A stretch of 64,000 nucleotides of DNA from Candidatus Omnitrophota bacterium (GTDB lineage: Bacteria; Omnitrophota; Gorgyraeia; Zapsychrales; JANLHA01): positions 28,866 through 92,865 of the forward strand of contig JACKFJ010000006.1 in the NCBI GenBank assembly GCA_020632535.1. Reading direction: 5' to 3'. The position numbers were made by a program, and so were the translations under genes. The notes under the pieces are model-generated. The model was not told the DNA's origin, did not search any database, and saw only the letters and a program-made list of their open reading frames with translations. Shown here piece after piece: positions 1 to 9,081 of this stretch (the stretch's first letter is position 1; every line of letters starts with the position of its first letter).

Positions 1-62
1 GGCTGGGCTTTTATTAAAATGGTTTTCAAAATTAGATGTGTCTAGTTTAGAGGAGAAAAACA

Positions 63-416
63 ATGACAAATGAAAAAATAATCAATATTTTAAAATTTCT
101 TTTTGGTTCAATGGCGGTATTTATGGTTTACTTGGTCGTTATGACTTCATTAAAGAGTGATATGTTCAATCTTCCTGCTGTTGTGGTTCATGAGCCATGG
201 TTTCAGACAACATTGGTTGATTTTTATTTTCTTGTGACCATCCTTTCTGTGTGGGTCATTTATAAGGAAAAAACTCTTTTGCGCGCAATACTTTGGATCA
301 TCTCTTTTATTTGTTTGGGCAGTATTAGTGCGGCTTTTTATGTTTTTATACAACTTATGAATCTTAAAAAGGGTGAAGGGCTTGAGTCGGTATTATTAAG
401 GAAGGTAAGAAAATGA
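63..416 (+). CDS. small multi-TM membrane protein, DUF1475-like
   Basis: 117-aa ORF with a purine-rich SD upstream. Motif PWFQTTLVDFYF..WVIYKE..ILWII matches my memory of DUF1475. Its stop overlaps the next start (ATGA at 413-416). Confidence 0.6.
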   Translation: MTNEKIINILKFLFGSMAVFMVYLVVMTSLKSDMFNLPAVVVHEPWFQTTLVDFYFLVTILSVWVIYKEKTLLRAILWIISFICLGSISAAFYVFIQLMNLKKGEGLESVLLRKVRK

Positions 417-1204
417 CGGCTACGATTTTGCACATGCTTTTATTGGGAGCTTTAAGTGTAGGTAGTCTCTTTTTGATAATGTGGATTATTCATTTATTTT
501 TAAGAAATGCGGCTGTTGTCGACGTGGGTTGGGGACTTGGCTTTATTGTGCTGAGCTTTGTATATATTTTGCATGGTGAAGGATTTAATTTGCGTAACAC
601 GGTTTATTTCTTGATGATTTCTTTGTGGGGCATGAGAATTGTTTTGTATTTGATTAAAAGAATATCTTCAGAAAAGGAAGAAGACAAGCGTTATCGAAAG
701 ATTCGGCAGAATTTTGGTAAATTGGCTTGGTTTAAATTTTTGTTTATTTTTGAATTTCAGGCGGCATTAGAGGTGATCATTGCAATACCACTATTGATTG
801 TCAGTCTTAACCCTAATCCGGGATTGGCATTTATTGAAATTATTGGAATGATTATTTTTGCGATCTCGCTTCTAGGAGAAGCTGTTGCTGATGAACAATT
901 GCACGCATTTAAGCGTAATCCGGACAATAAAGGGAAAACGTGCGATGTTGGTTTTTGGAAGTATTCTCGACATCCCAACTATTTCTTTGAATTGATGATT
1001 TGGGTTGGAATTAGTGTTTTTGCATTGGGCAGTCCCATGGGATGGGTTGGGATTATCAGTCCGCTTGTGATGTTTTACTTGCTTATGTATGTTAGCGGAG
1101 TTCCATTAGCAGAAGAACAATCATTACTAAGTCGAGGGGATGAGTATCGTAAATATCAAAAGACGACTAGTATTTTTTTCCCTCTTCCGAAGAAAATGGG
1201 TTAA
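413..1204 (+). CDS. DUF1295 family membrane protein (steroid 5-alpha-reductase/ICMT-like fold)
   Basis: 263 aa, polytopic. C-terminal motif YSRHPNYFFE..W is typical of DUF1295. Translationally coupled to the upstream gene. Confidence 0.8.
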   Translation: MTATILHMLLLGALSVGSLFLIMWIIHLFLRNAAVVDVGWGLGFIVLSFVYILHGEGFNLRNTVYFLMISLWGMRIVLYLIKRISSEKEEDKRYRKIRQNFGKLAWFKFLFIFEFQAALEVIIAIPLLIVSLNPNPGLAFIEIIGMIIFAISLLGEAVADEQLHAFKRNPDNKGKTCDVGFWKYSRHPNYFFELMIWVGISVFALGSPMGWVGIISPLVMFYLLMYVSGVPLAEEQSLLSRGDEYRKYQKTTSIFFPLPKKMG

Positions 1205-1205
1205 T

Positions 1206-1658
1206 ATGAGAATATGGTCCCTTCACCCGAGGTATTTGGATTCACAAGGTCTTGTTGCTTTATGGCGGGAAGGTCTTTTGGCCCAAAAAGTTCTGGCGGG
1301 TCAAACCAAGGGGTATAGAAATCATCCGCAGTTAATTCGATTTAAAGAACAGGCTGATCCAATGGCTTCGATTGCTGTTTATTTGAAAGAAGTTTATCAG
1401 GAAGCTTGTCGAAGGTCTTTTCATTTTGATCCGGATAAAATTCCTGTTGTCAAAAAAAGACTATCGAAAATCAAACTTACTCAGGGGCAATTAGATTTTG
1501 AAACAGAACATTTGTACCAAAAATTACAAAGTCGGACTCCTGAACAATATAAAATTCTTCGTCAGGTTTCTAAAATAGAGCCGCATCCATTATTTAAAAT
1601 TATCAGCGGCAAGGTTGCGGTATGGGAAAAGGGGATTGAAAATGCGCACAATGCTTAA
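1206..1658 (+). CDS. pyrimidine dimer DNA glycosylase (endonuclease V / DenV-like family)
   Basis: N-terminus MRIWSLHPRYLDSQGLVALWREGLLAQKVL..GYRNHPQLIRF is the signature I recall for bacterial pyrimidine-dimer glycosylases. I moved the start to the ATG at 1206, just after the DUF1295 stop. Confidence 0.7.
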   Translation: MRIWSLHPRYLDSQGLVALWREGLLAQKVLAGQTKGYRNHPQLIRFKEQADPMASIAVYLKEVYQEACRRSFHFDPDKIPVVKKRLSKIKLTQGQLDFETEHLYQKLQSRTPEQYKILRQVSKIEPHPLFKIISGKVAVWEKGIENAHNA

Positions 1659-2694
1659 ATTATCAAATCGATTATTAGAAAAGGGATTAATCCCCGACCC
1701 TCTGATCCGTTTTGGGATCAAGGGTCTTCTGAGAGATAAATTGAAGGAAGAGATGAATTTAGACGCGCGTTCAGGTTCTGAACACAGAAAAAGGGAATTG
1801 ATCGCAAAGCTTATCTCATCACCGATCGCGGTCAACACGCGGGAAGCTAATAAACAGCATTATGAACTCCCAACAGAATTTTTTAAACTCATTATGGGAA
1901 GGCATATGAAATACAGTTGTGGATTTTGGAAAGACACAACGACGGATTTTGATGCTTCCGAAAAAGACATGCTCGAGATAACAGTGCAAAGAGCGCAACT
2001 GCAAGATGGTATGTCTGTGTTAGAACTTGGCTGTGGATGGGGATCGTTGACCTTGTTTATGGCTAGTCAATTTCCAAATAGTCGTATCGTCGGGGTATCC
2101 AATTCCGCCACTCAGCGTGAATATATTTTAAAAGAGGCCAAGGATCGCAAATTAAATAATGTGCATATTATCACGCAGGACATGAATGAATTTACGATTA
2201 ACGAAAAGTTTGATCGTGTTGTTTCTGTTGAGATGTTTGAACATATGCGCAATTACGCCAAACTTCTTGAAAAGATCGCGGGATTTCTAAACGATAATGG
2301 CAAGCTGTTCGTTCATATTTTTACTCATCGTAAGTTTGCTTATCTCTATCAAGAGAAAGACGAATCGGATTGGATTGCCAAATATTTTTTTACCGGTGGG
2401 ATTATGCCGTCGGATGATCTTTTGTTGCATTTTCAAGATCAGTTGAAAATTGAAGAACATTGGCAAATTAATGGGGTCCATTATCAGAAGACGTCAGAAG
2501 AATGGTTAAAGAATATGGATCGGAATAAAGATAAAATTATGCCGATATTGCGCAAAACATATGGAGAAGAGAAGGCGGGGAAATGGTGGGTTTATTGGCG
2601 GGTATTTTTTATGTCATGTGCCGAGTTGTGGGGATATCAGAATGGAACAGAGTGGATCGTGAGTCATTATCGATTTAGAAAGGAAACGGTTTGA
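1642..2694 (+). CDS. cyclopropane-fatty-acyl-phospholipid synthase family SAM-dependent methyltransferase (paralog 1)
   Basis: CMAS-type sequence with SAM motif VLELGCGWGSL and the C-terminal W..Y..CAE..F pattern. The ATG at 1642 follows aaaagggga; the track start at 1615 is TTG. Confidence 0.85.
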   Translation: MRTMLKLSNRLLEKGLIPDPLIRFGIKGLLRDKLKEEMNLDARSGSEHRKRELIAKLISSPIAVNTREANKQHYELPTEFFKLIMGRHMKYSCGFWKDTTTDFDASEKDMLEITVQRAQLQDGMSVLELGCGWGSLTLFMASQFPNSRIVGVSNSATQREYILKEAKDRKLNNVHIITQDMNEFTINEKFDRVVSVEMFEHMRNYAKLLEKIAGFLNDNGKLFVHIFTHRKFAYLYQEKDESDWIAKYFFTGGIMPSDDLLLHFQDQLKIEEHWQINGVHYQKTSEEWLKNMDRNKDKIMPILRKTYGEEKAGKWWVYWRVFFMSCAELWGYQNGTEWIVSHYRFRKETV

Positions 2695-3971
2695 TGAAAT
2701 CTCTCGCTGTCATTGGGACGGGAATTGCCGGAATGGGCGCTGCGCATTTCTTAAATGACCGCTATGAAATCACGTTGTATGAAAAAAATAGTTATCCCGG
2801 CGGACATACCAATACATTGACAATCGATGAGGATGGTGTGCCTGTTTATATTGATTCAGCTTTTATGGTTTACAATGAAATTACGTATCCGAATTTAACC
2901 AGACTTTTTAAGGATTTGGATGTCGAGACCAAACCGACGGATATGTCCTTTAGCGTTCAGCATCGCCCCAGCGGTTTAGAGTATTGTGGGACAGGCATGA
3001 AGGGACTATTTGCACAAAGAAAGAATCTTTTTTCGCTTCGATTTTGGAAAATGTTATTAGACATGAATCGCTTTAATAAAGAGAGTTTAGAAGTTCTCGA
3101 AGATCAGAGATATTTGCATCACACCATCAGTTCGTATGTGCAAGAGAAGCAATATGGTGAAGATTTCTTGATGAAGTTCTTGGTGCCGATGAGTTCGGCG
3201 GTTTGGTCTATGCCGACGAGACGGATGATGGAATTTCCGATAAGCACGTTGGTACGGTTTTTTAAGAATCACGGTTTTTTAGGTTTACGAGGGCATTATC
3301 AATGGCGTACCATTGTTAATGGAAGTCGGCAATATCGTGAAAAAATATTAAAAAAACTCAATGTCAGATTGAATGTTAAAGTAAAAAAGATTACCAGAGA
3401 AAATGGCCGGGTGCATGTTTTTGATCAGACGGGTGAAGAAAGATCATTCGATAAGGTTGTTTTAGCATGTCATGCTGATGAGGCTTTAAATGTATTAAGC
3501 GATGCGACCAGCTTGGAGAAAAATTTGCTTTCGAAATTCGGTTATCAAATGAATAAAGTGATTTTGCATACCGATCAATCCGTGATGCCCAAAACTCGCG
3601 GAGCATGGTCATCGTGGAATTACCGAATCGACAGTGACGCTCATGGTGAATGCAAAGCATCCACTATTTACGACATGAATAGTTTGCAGCAGGTTTCTAA
3701 AAAGAAGAATTATTTTGTTTCGGTTAACGATCCTAATCTTGTCGGCCCAAACGAAATTTTATGGCAGAGTCAATATACTCATCCTGTTTTTAATGTCGAG
3801 GCGATTGCGGCGCAAGATGATTTGCCTTGTTTAAATAAAAACTCAACGACCTATTTTTGCGGAAGCTATTTTAAGTACGGTTTTCATGAAGATGCTTTGA
3901 CATCCGGAATCGAGGTTGTGAGAGCCATGACCGGAGAATATCCTGTCGGGTACAAGGGGTTTGATTTATGA
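2694..3971 (+). CDS. NAD(P)/FAD-dependent oxidoreductase (amine-oxidase-like)
   Basis: N-terminal dinucleotide fold VIGTGIAGMGAAHFL..YEKNSYPGGH. The ATG at 2694 overlaps the upstream TGA. This family is a regular neighbour of cfa/DUF1365 genes. Confidence 0.85.
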   Translation: MKSLAVIGTGIAGMGAAHFLNDRYEITLYEKNSYPGGHTNTLTIDEDGVPVYIDSAFMVYNEITYPNLTRLFKDLDVETKPTDMSFSVQHRPSGLEYCGTGMKGLFAQRKNLFSLRFWKMLLDMNRFNKESLEVLEDQRYLHHTISSYVQEKQYGEDFLMKFLVPMSSAVWSMPTRRMMEFPISTLVRFFKNHGFLGLRGHYQWRTIVNGSRQYREKILKKLNVRLNVKVKKITRENGRVHVFDQTGEERSFDKVVLACHADEALNVLSDATSLEKNLLSKFGYQMNKVILHTDQSVMPKTRGAWSSWNYRIDSDAHGECKASTIYDMNSLQQVSKKKNYFVSVNDPNLVGPNEILWQSQYTHPVFNVEAIAAQDDLPCLNKNSTTYFCGSYFKYGFHEDALTSGIEVVRAMTGEYPVGYKGFDL

Positions 3972-4747
3972 ATTCTTGCCTTTATGAAACAGTGATCATG
4001 CATCATCGTCTAAAACCGAAAGAACATAGGTTTTCTTATAAATTTTTTTCATTCTATTTAGATTTGGATGAAATCGACGAGATTGTAAGCAAAATATTTT
4101 TTATAAGCCGTAACACGTTTAATATGTATTCATTTTTTGACGCGGACCATTTGGAAAAAGAGCAACATTCAATCAAGGACAACATTATATCCTATTTGCA
4201 GGGTTATGGGATTGATCTTCAGGGTGGCCGTATCATGCTTTTAACGTACTTACGTACTTTGGGATATGTTTTTAATCCGGTCTCTTTATATTTTTGTTTT
4301 GATAAAAATAATATTCCACTTTGTGTGGTGCCGGAGATTGGTAACACTTTCGGAGAGTTAAAACTTTTTCTTATTGGGACAGAGAACCTTAAGGATGATA
4401 AGTTTAAGAATAAGCAGGAGAAATTTTATTATATTTCTCCGTTTACGCGATTGGACGACACTCTTGATTTTAAACTAACGATCCCCGATAACCGTTTAAA
4501 TATATGCATTGATACCGCCCGCAATGGGGAAAAAATCATTTTGACGAGTATGATTGGTGAGAAAAAGGAGTTAACTAATTTTAATTTGCTGATGTTGAGT
4601 ATTAAGTTCCCGCTTATAACTTTAAAGGTGATTACACTGATTCATTGGCATGCGTTGATGCTTTGGCTTAAGAGAATACCACATGAAGAAAAGACAGATA
4701 ATCCCCATTTGCAAAAGGAGGTTCGGCGTGCTTGGAACAAGGATTAA
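3968..4747 (+). CDS. DUF1365 domain protein
   Basis: N-terminus CLYETVIMHHRLKPKEHRFSYKFFSFYLDLDE is typical of DUF1365. 4-nt overlap with the upstream gene. Confidence 0.8.
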   Translation: MNSCLYETVIMHHRLKPKEHRFSYKFFSFYLDLDEIDEIVSKIFFISRNTFNMYSFFDADHLEKEQHSIKDNIISYLQGYGIDLQGGRIMLLTYLRTLGYVFNPVSLYFCFDKNNIPLCVVPEIGNTFGELKLFLIGTENLKDDKFKNKQEKFYYISPFTRLDDTLDFKLTIPDNRLNICIDTARNGEKIILTSMIGEKKELTNFNLLMLSIKFPLITLKVITLIHWHALMLWLKRIPHEEKTDNPHLQKEVRRAWNKD

Positions 4748-4760
4748 TCGAATACAGAAA

Positions 4761-5993
4761 ATGTTATCGGGTAAGACAAGACTCAATCTTTGCCAGCGGA
4801 TTATTGATCATGTTTTTCGTCCGATGCACTTGGGAAGGATGACGTTGATTTTACCCAATGGCGGAATGTTGACCTACGGGAATGGTCAAGGAGGCGTGCA
4901 CGCGAGTATTCGGATTAATAGGAATGATTTCTTTAAGAAATGTGTTCTTTTTGGTGATGTTGGGTTTGGTGAAGCGTATGTGGATGGGGATTGGGAAACG
5001 GATGATATTACTAAAGTGATCGAATGGATGATTATTAATGTGGATAATCATCCCACTTTGATGTCGGACAAAAAGAAGCGGACACCAGTCAATTTTTTGA
5101 AGATCTGCAATAATATCCTTTCATTTTTTAGGAAGAATTCGCTGCTGGGAAGTCAAAAAAATATCAGCGCTCATTATGATTTGGGAAATGAATTTTACCA
5201 ATTATTTTTGGATTCTTCGATGACATACTCATCGGCATATTTTAAGCATCCTAATCAATCACTTGAGGATGCTCAATATCAAAAATATGAGGGATTGTGT
5301 CAGAAGTTAAAATTAAAACCGACTGATCATGTTTTGGAGATTGGCAGCGGATGGGGTGGGTTTGCTATTTATGCCGCGAAGAATTATGGGTGTCATGTTA
5401 CGACGGTGACGGTTTCACAACAACAATTTAATTTTGCCTTGTATCGTATTGCGGCAGAGCAATTAGCGGATAAGATTACGCTTGAGTTAAAGGATTACCG
5501 TAAAGTCGAAGGGAAATTCGATAAGATTGTTTCAATCGAAATGTTGGAGGCGGTGGGGCATGAATATTATGAATCCTATTTTAGCCAATGCCATCATTTG
5601 CTTAAAAAGGACGGAATTTTGGCTTTGCAAATGATTTTGTCTCCGGATAATCGCTATGAATCTTTTAGGAAGAATATTGATTGGATTCAAAAACATATTT
5701 TCCCGGGGAGTCTTCTTCCTTCGGTAGCGATTATTCAAAAAATGATTAATAAAACAGGTGATCTTAATTTGTATCATTTTGAGGATATCACTGCTGATTA
5801 TGTTAAAACTCTCGCGATTTGGCGTGAGAATTTTAACAAAAAATTGGAACAGGTGCGTGGGCAGGGATTTGATGAGACGTTTATTCGCAAGTGGAATTAT
5901 TATTTATCCTATTGTGAAGCGGCTTTTAAAACGCGCAATATTTCTGTCGCGCAAGTTGTTTTTACTCGGCCCAACAATTTATCACTTATGTGA
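4761..5993 (+). CDS. cfa: cyclopropane-fatty-acyl-phospholipid synthase family methyltransferase (paralog 2)
   Basis: SAM motif VLEIGSGWGGFAIYAA, plus YFKHPNQSLEDAQ..K and the C-terminal YLSYCEAAF CMAS signature. Start taken at the first ATG after the DUF1365 stop. Confidence 0.85.
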   Translation: MLSGKTRLNLCQRIIDHVFRPMHLGRMTLILPNGGMLTYGNGQGGVHASIRINRNDFFKKCVLFGDVGFGEAYVDGDWETDDITKVIEWMIINVDNHPTLMSDKKKRTPVNFLKICNNILSFFRKNSLLGSQKNISAHYDLGNEFYQLFLDSSMTYSSAYFKHPNQSLEDAQYQKYEGLCQKLKLKPTDHVLEIGSGWGGFAIYAAKNYGCHVTTVTVSQQQFNFALYRIAAEQLADKITLELKDYRKVEGKFDKIVSIEMLEAVGHEYYESYFSQCHHLLKKDGILALQMILSPDNRYESFRKNIDWIQKHIFPGSLLPSVAIIQKMINKTGDLNLYHFEDITADYVKTLAIWRENFNKKLEQVRGQGFDETFIRKWNYYLSYCEAAFKTRNISVAQVVFTRPNNLSLM

Positions 5994-6011
5994 ATAAGTC
6001 AGGAGAGGTGT

Positions 6012-6392
6012 ATGTATCGTACAATAGTTATAACGATGATTTTAATATTTATAAGTGTTCCTAATTCATTTGCTGAGAGTAATAAAATTCAGAAATTGCG
6101 GCGTGGGGTTACAAATGTTTTTACGGCTCCTTTAGAAATTCCTAAAGAGATAAGGGCTCATTGGATTGCTGGTTCAGAAAAGACGCCGCATATTCTTGTT
6201 TGGATCTTTTGTGGCGCAGTTAAAGGAACAGTAATGACAGCTGCCCGGGTCGGTTCAGGGGCGTGGGATATTGTTACTTTCCCGACAGGAATTTTAGAAA
6301 ATCATGAGCCTCTTATTGAGCCTGACTTTGTATTTGATGATTGGCCGCAAAGAGAAGAGGGGGTCGTCTACAAAAATCTTAGCGATTTATGA
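6012..6392 (+). CDS. secreted small protein, TIGR04073-like (exosortase-associated family by name)
   Basis: Signal peptide, then KLRRGVTNVFTAPLEIPKEI..G..KG..M...R.GSGAWDIVTFP..EPLIEPD. This matches my memory of TIGR04073. Confidence 0.55.
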   Translation: MYRTIVITMILIFISVPNSFAESNKIQKLRRGVTNVFTAPLEIPKEIRAHWIAGSEKTPHILVWIFCGAVKGTVMTAARVGSGAWDIVTFPTGILENHEPLIEPDFVFDDWPQREEGVVYKNLSDL

Positions 6393-6967
6393 GAATTATT
6401 TTAAATCAACTGATGATAATTATTTTTTTATTGTGTCTTAGCGCTAGTTTAGCGTTTGCCGATTCGCGCTATGTTTTTACTTGTGACGACTCAGAAATTA
6501 AAAGCTCTATAAAATATAGTGTTTTGGGAAAATACAATTCGGATTTTCAAGAGTGTCAGGGAACGATTATTTACGATGAGCTTAAAAAACTTATTAAATT
6601 TGTGCGAATCGAGATTGAGGTTAAAAGTATTCAATCCAGTTGTGGGTGGTGTGATGATATTGTCAAATCGAGAAGGATTCTGGATTCTGAGCAATATCCG
6701 TTAATTGTTTTTGAAAGCACAGATTTCAATAATGATTCTGAAAGCTATTGGGCCACGGGGACAATTGATATGCACGGCGTTTCGCAAAAACTTTATTTAC
6801 CGTTTCATCTCCAAGAAAAAAATTCAAGTGAGCTTTTTTTAAAAGGAACTTGGGTTTTACGAAGAAAAGATTTTAAAGTGACGTGGAATAAGCTGCTGGA
6901 TCATGGAGGGCTTATGGTAGGAGATCATTTTACGGTTGATTGGGCGGTTTTAGCAAAGAAATTATAG
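6389..6967 (+). CDS. YceI-like periplasmic lipid/polyisoprenoid-binding protein
   Basis: Signal peptide. YceI-like core GTIDMHGVSQKLYLPFHL..F.V.W. 4-nt overlap with the upstream gene. Confidence 0.65.
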   Translation: MRIILNQLMIIIFLLCLSASLAFADSRYVFTCDDSEIKSSIKYSVLGKYNSDFQECQGTIIYDELKKLIKFVRIEIEVKSIQSSCGWCDDIVKSRRILDSEQYPLIVFESTDFNNDSESYWATGTIDMHGVSQKLYLPFHLQEKNSSELFLKGTWVLRRKDFKVTWNKLLDHGGLMVGDHFTVDWAVLAKKL

Positions 6968-6976
6968 GGAGTTTCA

Positions 6977-7894
6977 ATGTTTACTGGGAAAATATTAGTT
7001 TTGGGAGCTTCCGGTTATATCGGGGCACAATTGGTCACAATGCTTCTTGAAAAAGGTTATAAGGTCCGTGCCTGCGGAAGATCAATTTCGAGATTAAAGA
7101 AGTTTGAATGGTCGCGGCATGCCAATGTTGAGCTAAGTCAAGTCGATGCTTTGGAGATGGAAAATTTGCGTAATATTTGTCAGGGGTGTGCAGTTGTTTA
7201 TTATCTGGTTCATTCAATGAATGCGCAGCATAAAAACTTTGCTCAAGCTGATCGACAGGCGGCACACAATATGGTTCAAGCTGCTGAGGCTACTGGGTTA
7301 CAAAGGATCATTTATTTGGGGGGATTGGGCGATGATGATAAAAATTTAAGCCATCATCTTAGGTCGCGGATGGAAGTTTCCAAAATTATTCAATCCGGAA
7401 AAGTTCCGGCAACAACATTGAGAGCCGCGATGATCATTGGAAAGGGCAGTGTCTCTTTTGAGATCTTGAGGGCTTTGGTTAAAAATTTACCAATTATGAT
7501 TACACCACGATGGGTTAGCACTGAGTCGCAACCGATTGCAGTGAGTAATGTCTTAAATTATCTTGTTGGGTGCTTAGAATCTGAAGAAACAGTGGGGCAA
7601 GTTTTTGATATTGGAGGGCCTGAAATTTTATCTTATCGAAAACTTATGGATATTTACGCTCAGGAAGCTGGAATCTTTAAACGCTATATTATTCCAGTTC
7701 CTTTTTTGACTCCTAGCTTGAGTTCTTTGTGGATTGCGCTTGTAACGCCCTTTCCTGCCTATATTGCGCGTCCGTTGGCAGAAGGTCTTAAGAACAGGGT
7801 TGTTTGTCGTGAACACAGGATACGCGTGCTTATCCCGCAAACTTTATTAGATAGTCGACAGGCTATTCGTGCGGCAATTAAGAAAGATCAGTGA
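6977..7894 (+). CDS. NAD(P)H-binding protein (atypical SDR / NmrA-like)
   Basis: Rossmann motif ILVLGASGYIGAQLV. 305 aa. Confidence 0.75.
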   Translation: MFTGKILVLGASGYIGAQLVTMLLEKGYKVRACGRSISRLKKFEWSRHANVELSQVDALEMENLRNICQGCAVVYYLVHSMNAQHKNFAQADRQAAHNMVQAAEATGLQRIIYLGGLGDDDKNLSHHLRSRMEVSKIIQSGKVPATTLRAAMIIGKGSVSFEILRALVKNLPIMITPRWVSTESQPIAVSNVLNYLVGCLESEETVGQVFDIGGPEILSYRKLMDIYAQEAGIFKRYIIPVPFLTPSLSSLWIALVTPFPAYIARPLAEGLKNRVVCREHRIRVLIPQTLLDSRQAIRAAIKKDQ

Positions 7895-8466
7895 TTATGA
7901 ATAAACGAATTCGGTATATTTTATTTGCTATGGTTGTTTGTTCGTATTTTTTGATATCAGAAGTTTCCGTAAAAGCCGAGCAAACGATCGCGATAAAAAA
8001 TGCTTTTAATTTGAATAATATGGTTCTTTTGGGAACAGCGCTCAAAAAATTCTTAGCTTTTCGAGTAGTTACGGTAGATTTGTATATTGAGCGCGGGTAT
8101 GGATCTGACGATGTTCTTTCCGATGTTACGAAAAGGCTGGAAGTAAATTATCATGTGAATATTCCTAAACATGAACTGGATCGAGCCACCGTGAAGGGTA
8201 TTGAGAAAAATTATAGTCAAGACCAGATGGCGGCGTTAATGCCGCAAATTGATCAGATTAACTCGTATTATCCCGATATAAAATCTGGAGATCAGATTGC
8301 TGTCACCTATGTTCCGGGAGTTGGTTCTCAGGTTGAGCTTAATGGGGAGTTAAGGGGTGTGGTCCCCGGGAGTGATTTTGCAAAAGCATTTTTTTCAATA
8401 TGGTTGGGAGATAATCCTGTTGATAAAAATGCGAAATTAAAACTATTGGGTCTTAGTGACAGATGA
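7891..8466 (+). CDS. chalcone isomerase-like periplasmic protein
   Basis: Signal peptide. The pattern ..FLAFRVVTVDLYIE.. and C-terminal FAKAFFSIWLGDNPVD..LK..LLG is typical of bacterial chalcone-isomerase-like proteins. Alternative start is the ATG at 7897. Confidence 0.65.
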   Translation: MIMNKRIRYILFAMVVCSYFLISEVSVKAEQTIAIKNAFNLNNMVLLGTALKKFLAFRVVTVDLYIERGYGSDDVLSDVTKRLEVNYHVNIPKHELDRATVKGIEKNYSQDQMAALMPQIDQINSYYPDIKSGDQIAVTYVPGVGSQVELNGELRGVVPGSDFAKAFFSIWLGDNPVDKNAKLKLLGLSDR

Positions 8467-8486
8467 AATTTTTCTAGGAGAGTACA

Positions 8487-9068
8487 ATGAGTAGAAGATC
8501 AAATTACGATTGGATTTTGCTGATTTTTTCGCTGGTCAGTATCTATATTCTTGCTCCTGATTTGGATAGGCGGCATGGGTTTTTTGTCAGTACATGTTTT
8601 GCTCTGATTCTTATTTTAAGCAGTAGAATGATTTTGCAAACAAAGTTTATACTGCGATATATTGCATTTATAGCCGTTGATCTGTTTACATATTTTATTT
8701 TGTTTAACGACCAGCCTTGGGATATTTTATTCAATGGTGGGTTATTTGAAAGTTCTCCAGCGCCGCTTATTATTTGTTCTTTTTTGATGTCATTGGCAGG
8801 AGGGCTTCTTTTGAAAAATTGGCCGGATCGATTTAAATACTTCTTTATTACCTCCGGATTGCAAGTACCTATTGCTATATTTGCTGGCATGCCCACAGTG
8901 GAAACGTTGTTAAGTCGAGTTGCAAGTAGTTTGGGCTTTTATCATAATTATTCCGGTGCTTGGCAGGCATGGCAATTTGAGTGGATGCTTACATACTATC
9001 TACCTATCTATTTCCTAAGTAAAAAGAATACCGTCAATAAAAACAATGAAAATAAAGTTTTGTTATAG
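8487..9068 (+). CDS. hypothetical polytopic membrane protein
   Basis: 193 aa with 5-6 hydrophobic helices and aggagag SD upstream. No recognised motif. Its position in the cluster is the one usually held by DUF-type membrane proteins. Confidence 0.55.
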   Translation: MSRRSNYDWILLIFSLVSIYILAPDLDRRHGFFVSTCFALILILSSRMILQTKFILRYIAFIAVDLFTYFILFNDQPWDILFNGGLFESSPAPLIICSFLMSLAGGLLLKNWPDRFKYFFITSGLQVPIAIFAGMPTVETLLSRVASSLGFYHNYSGAWQAWQFEWMLTYYLPIYFLSKKNTVNKNNENKVLL

Positions 9069-9081
9069 GAATGGAGTGTGT

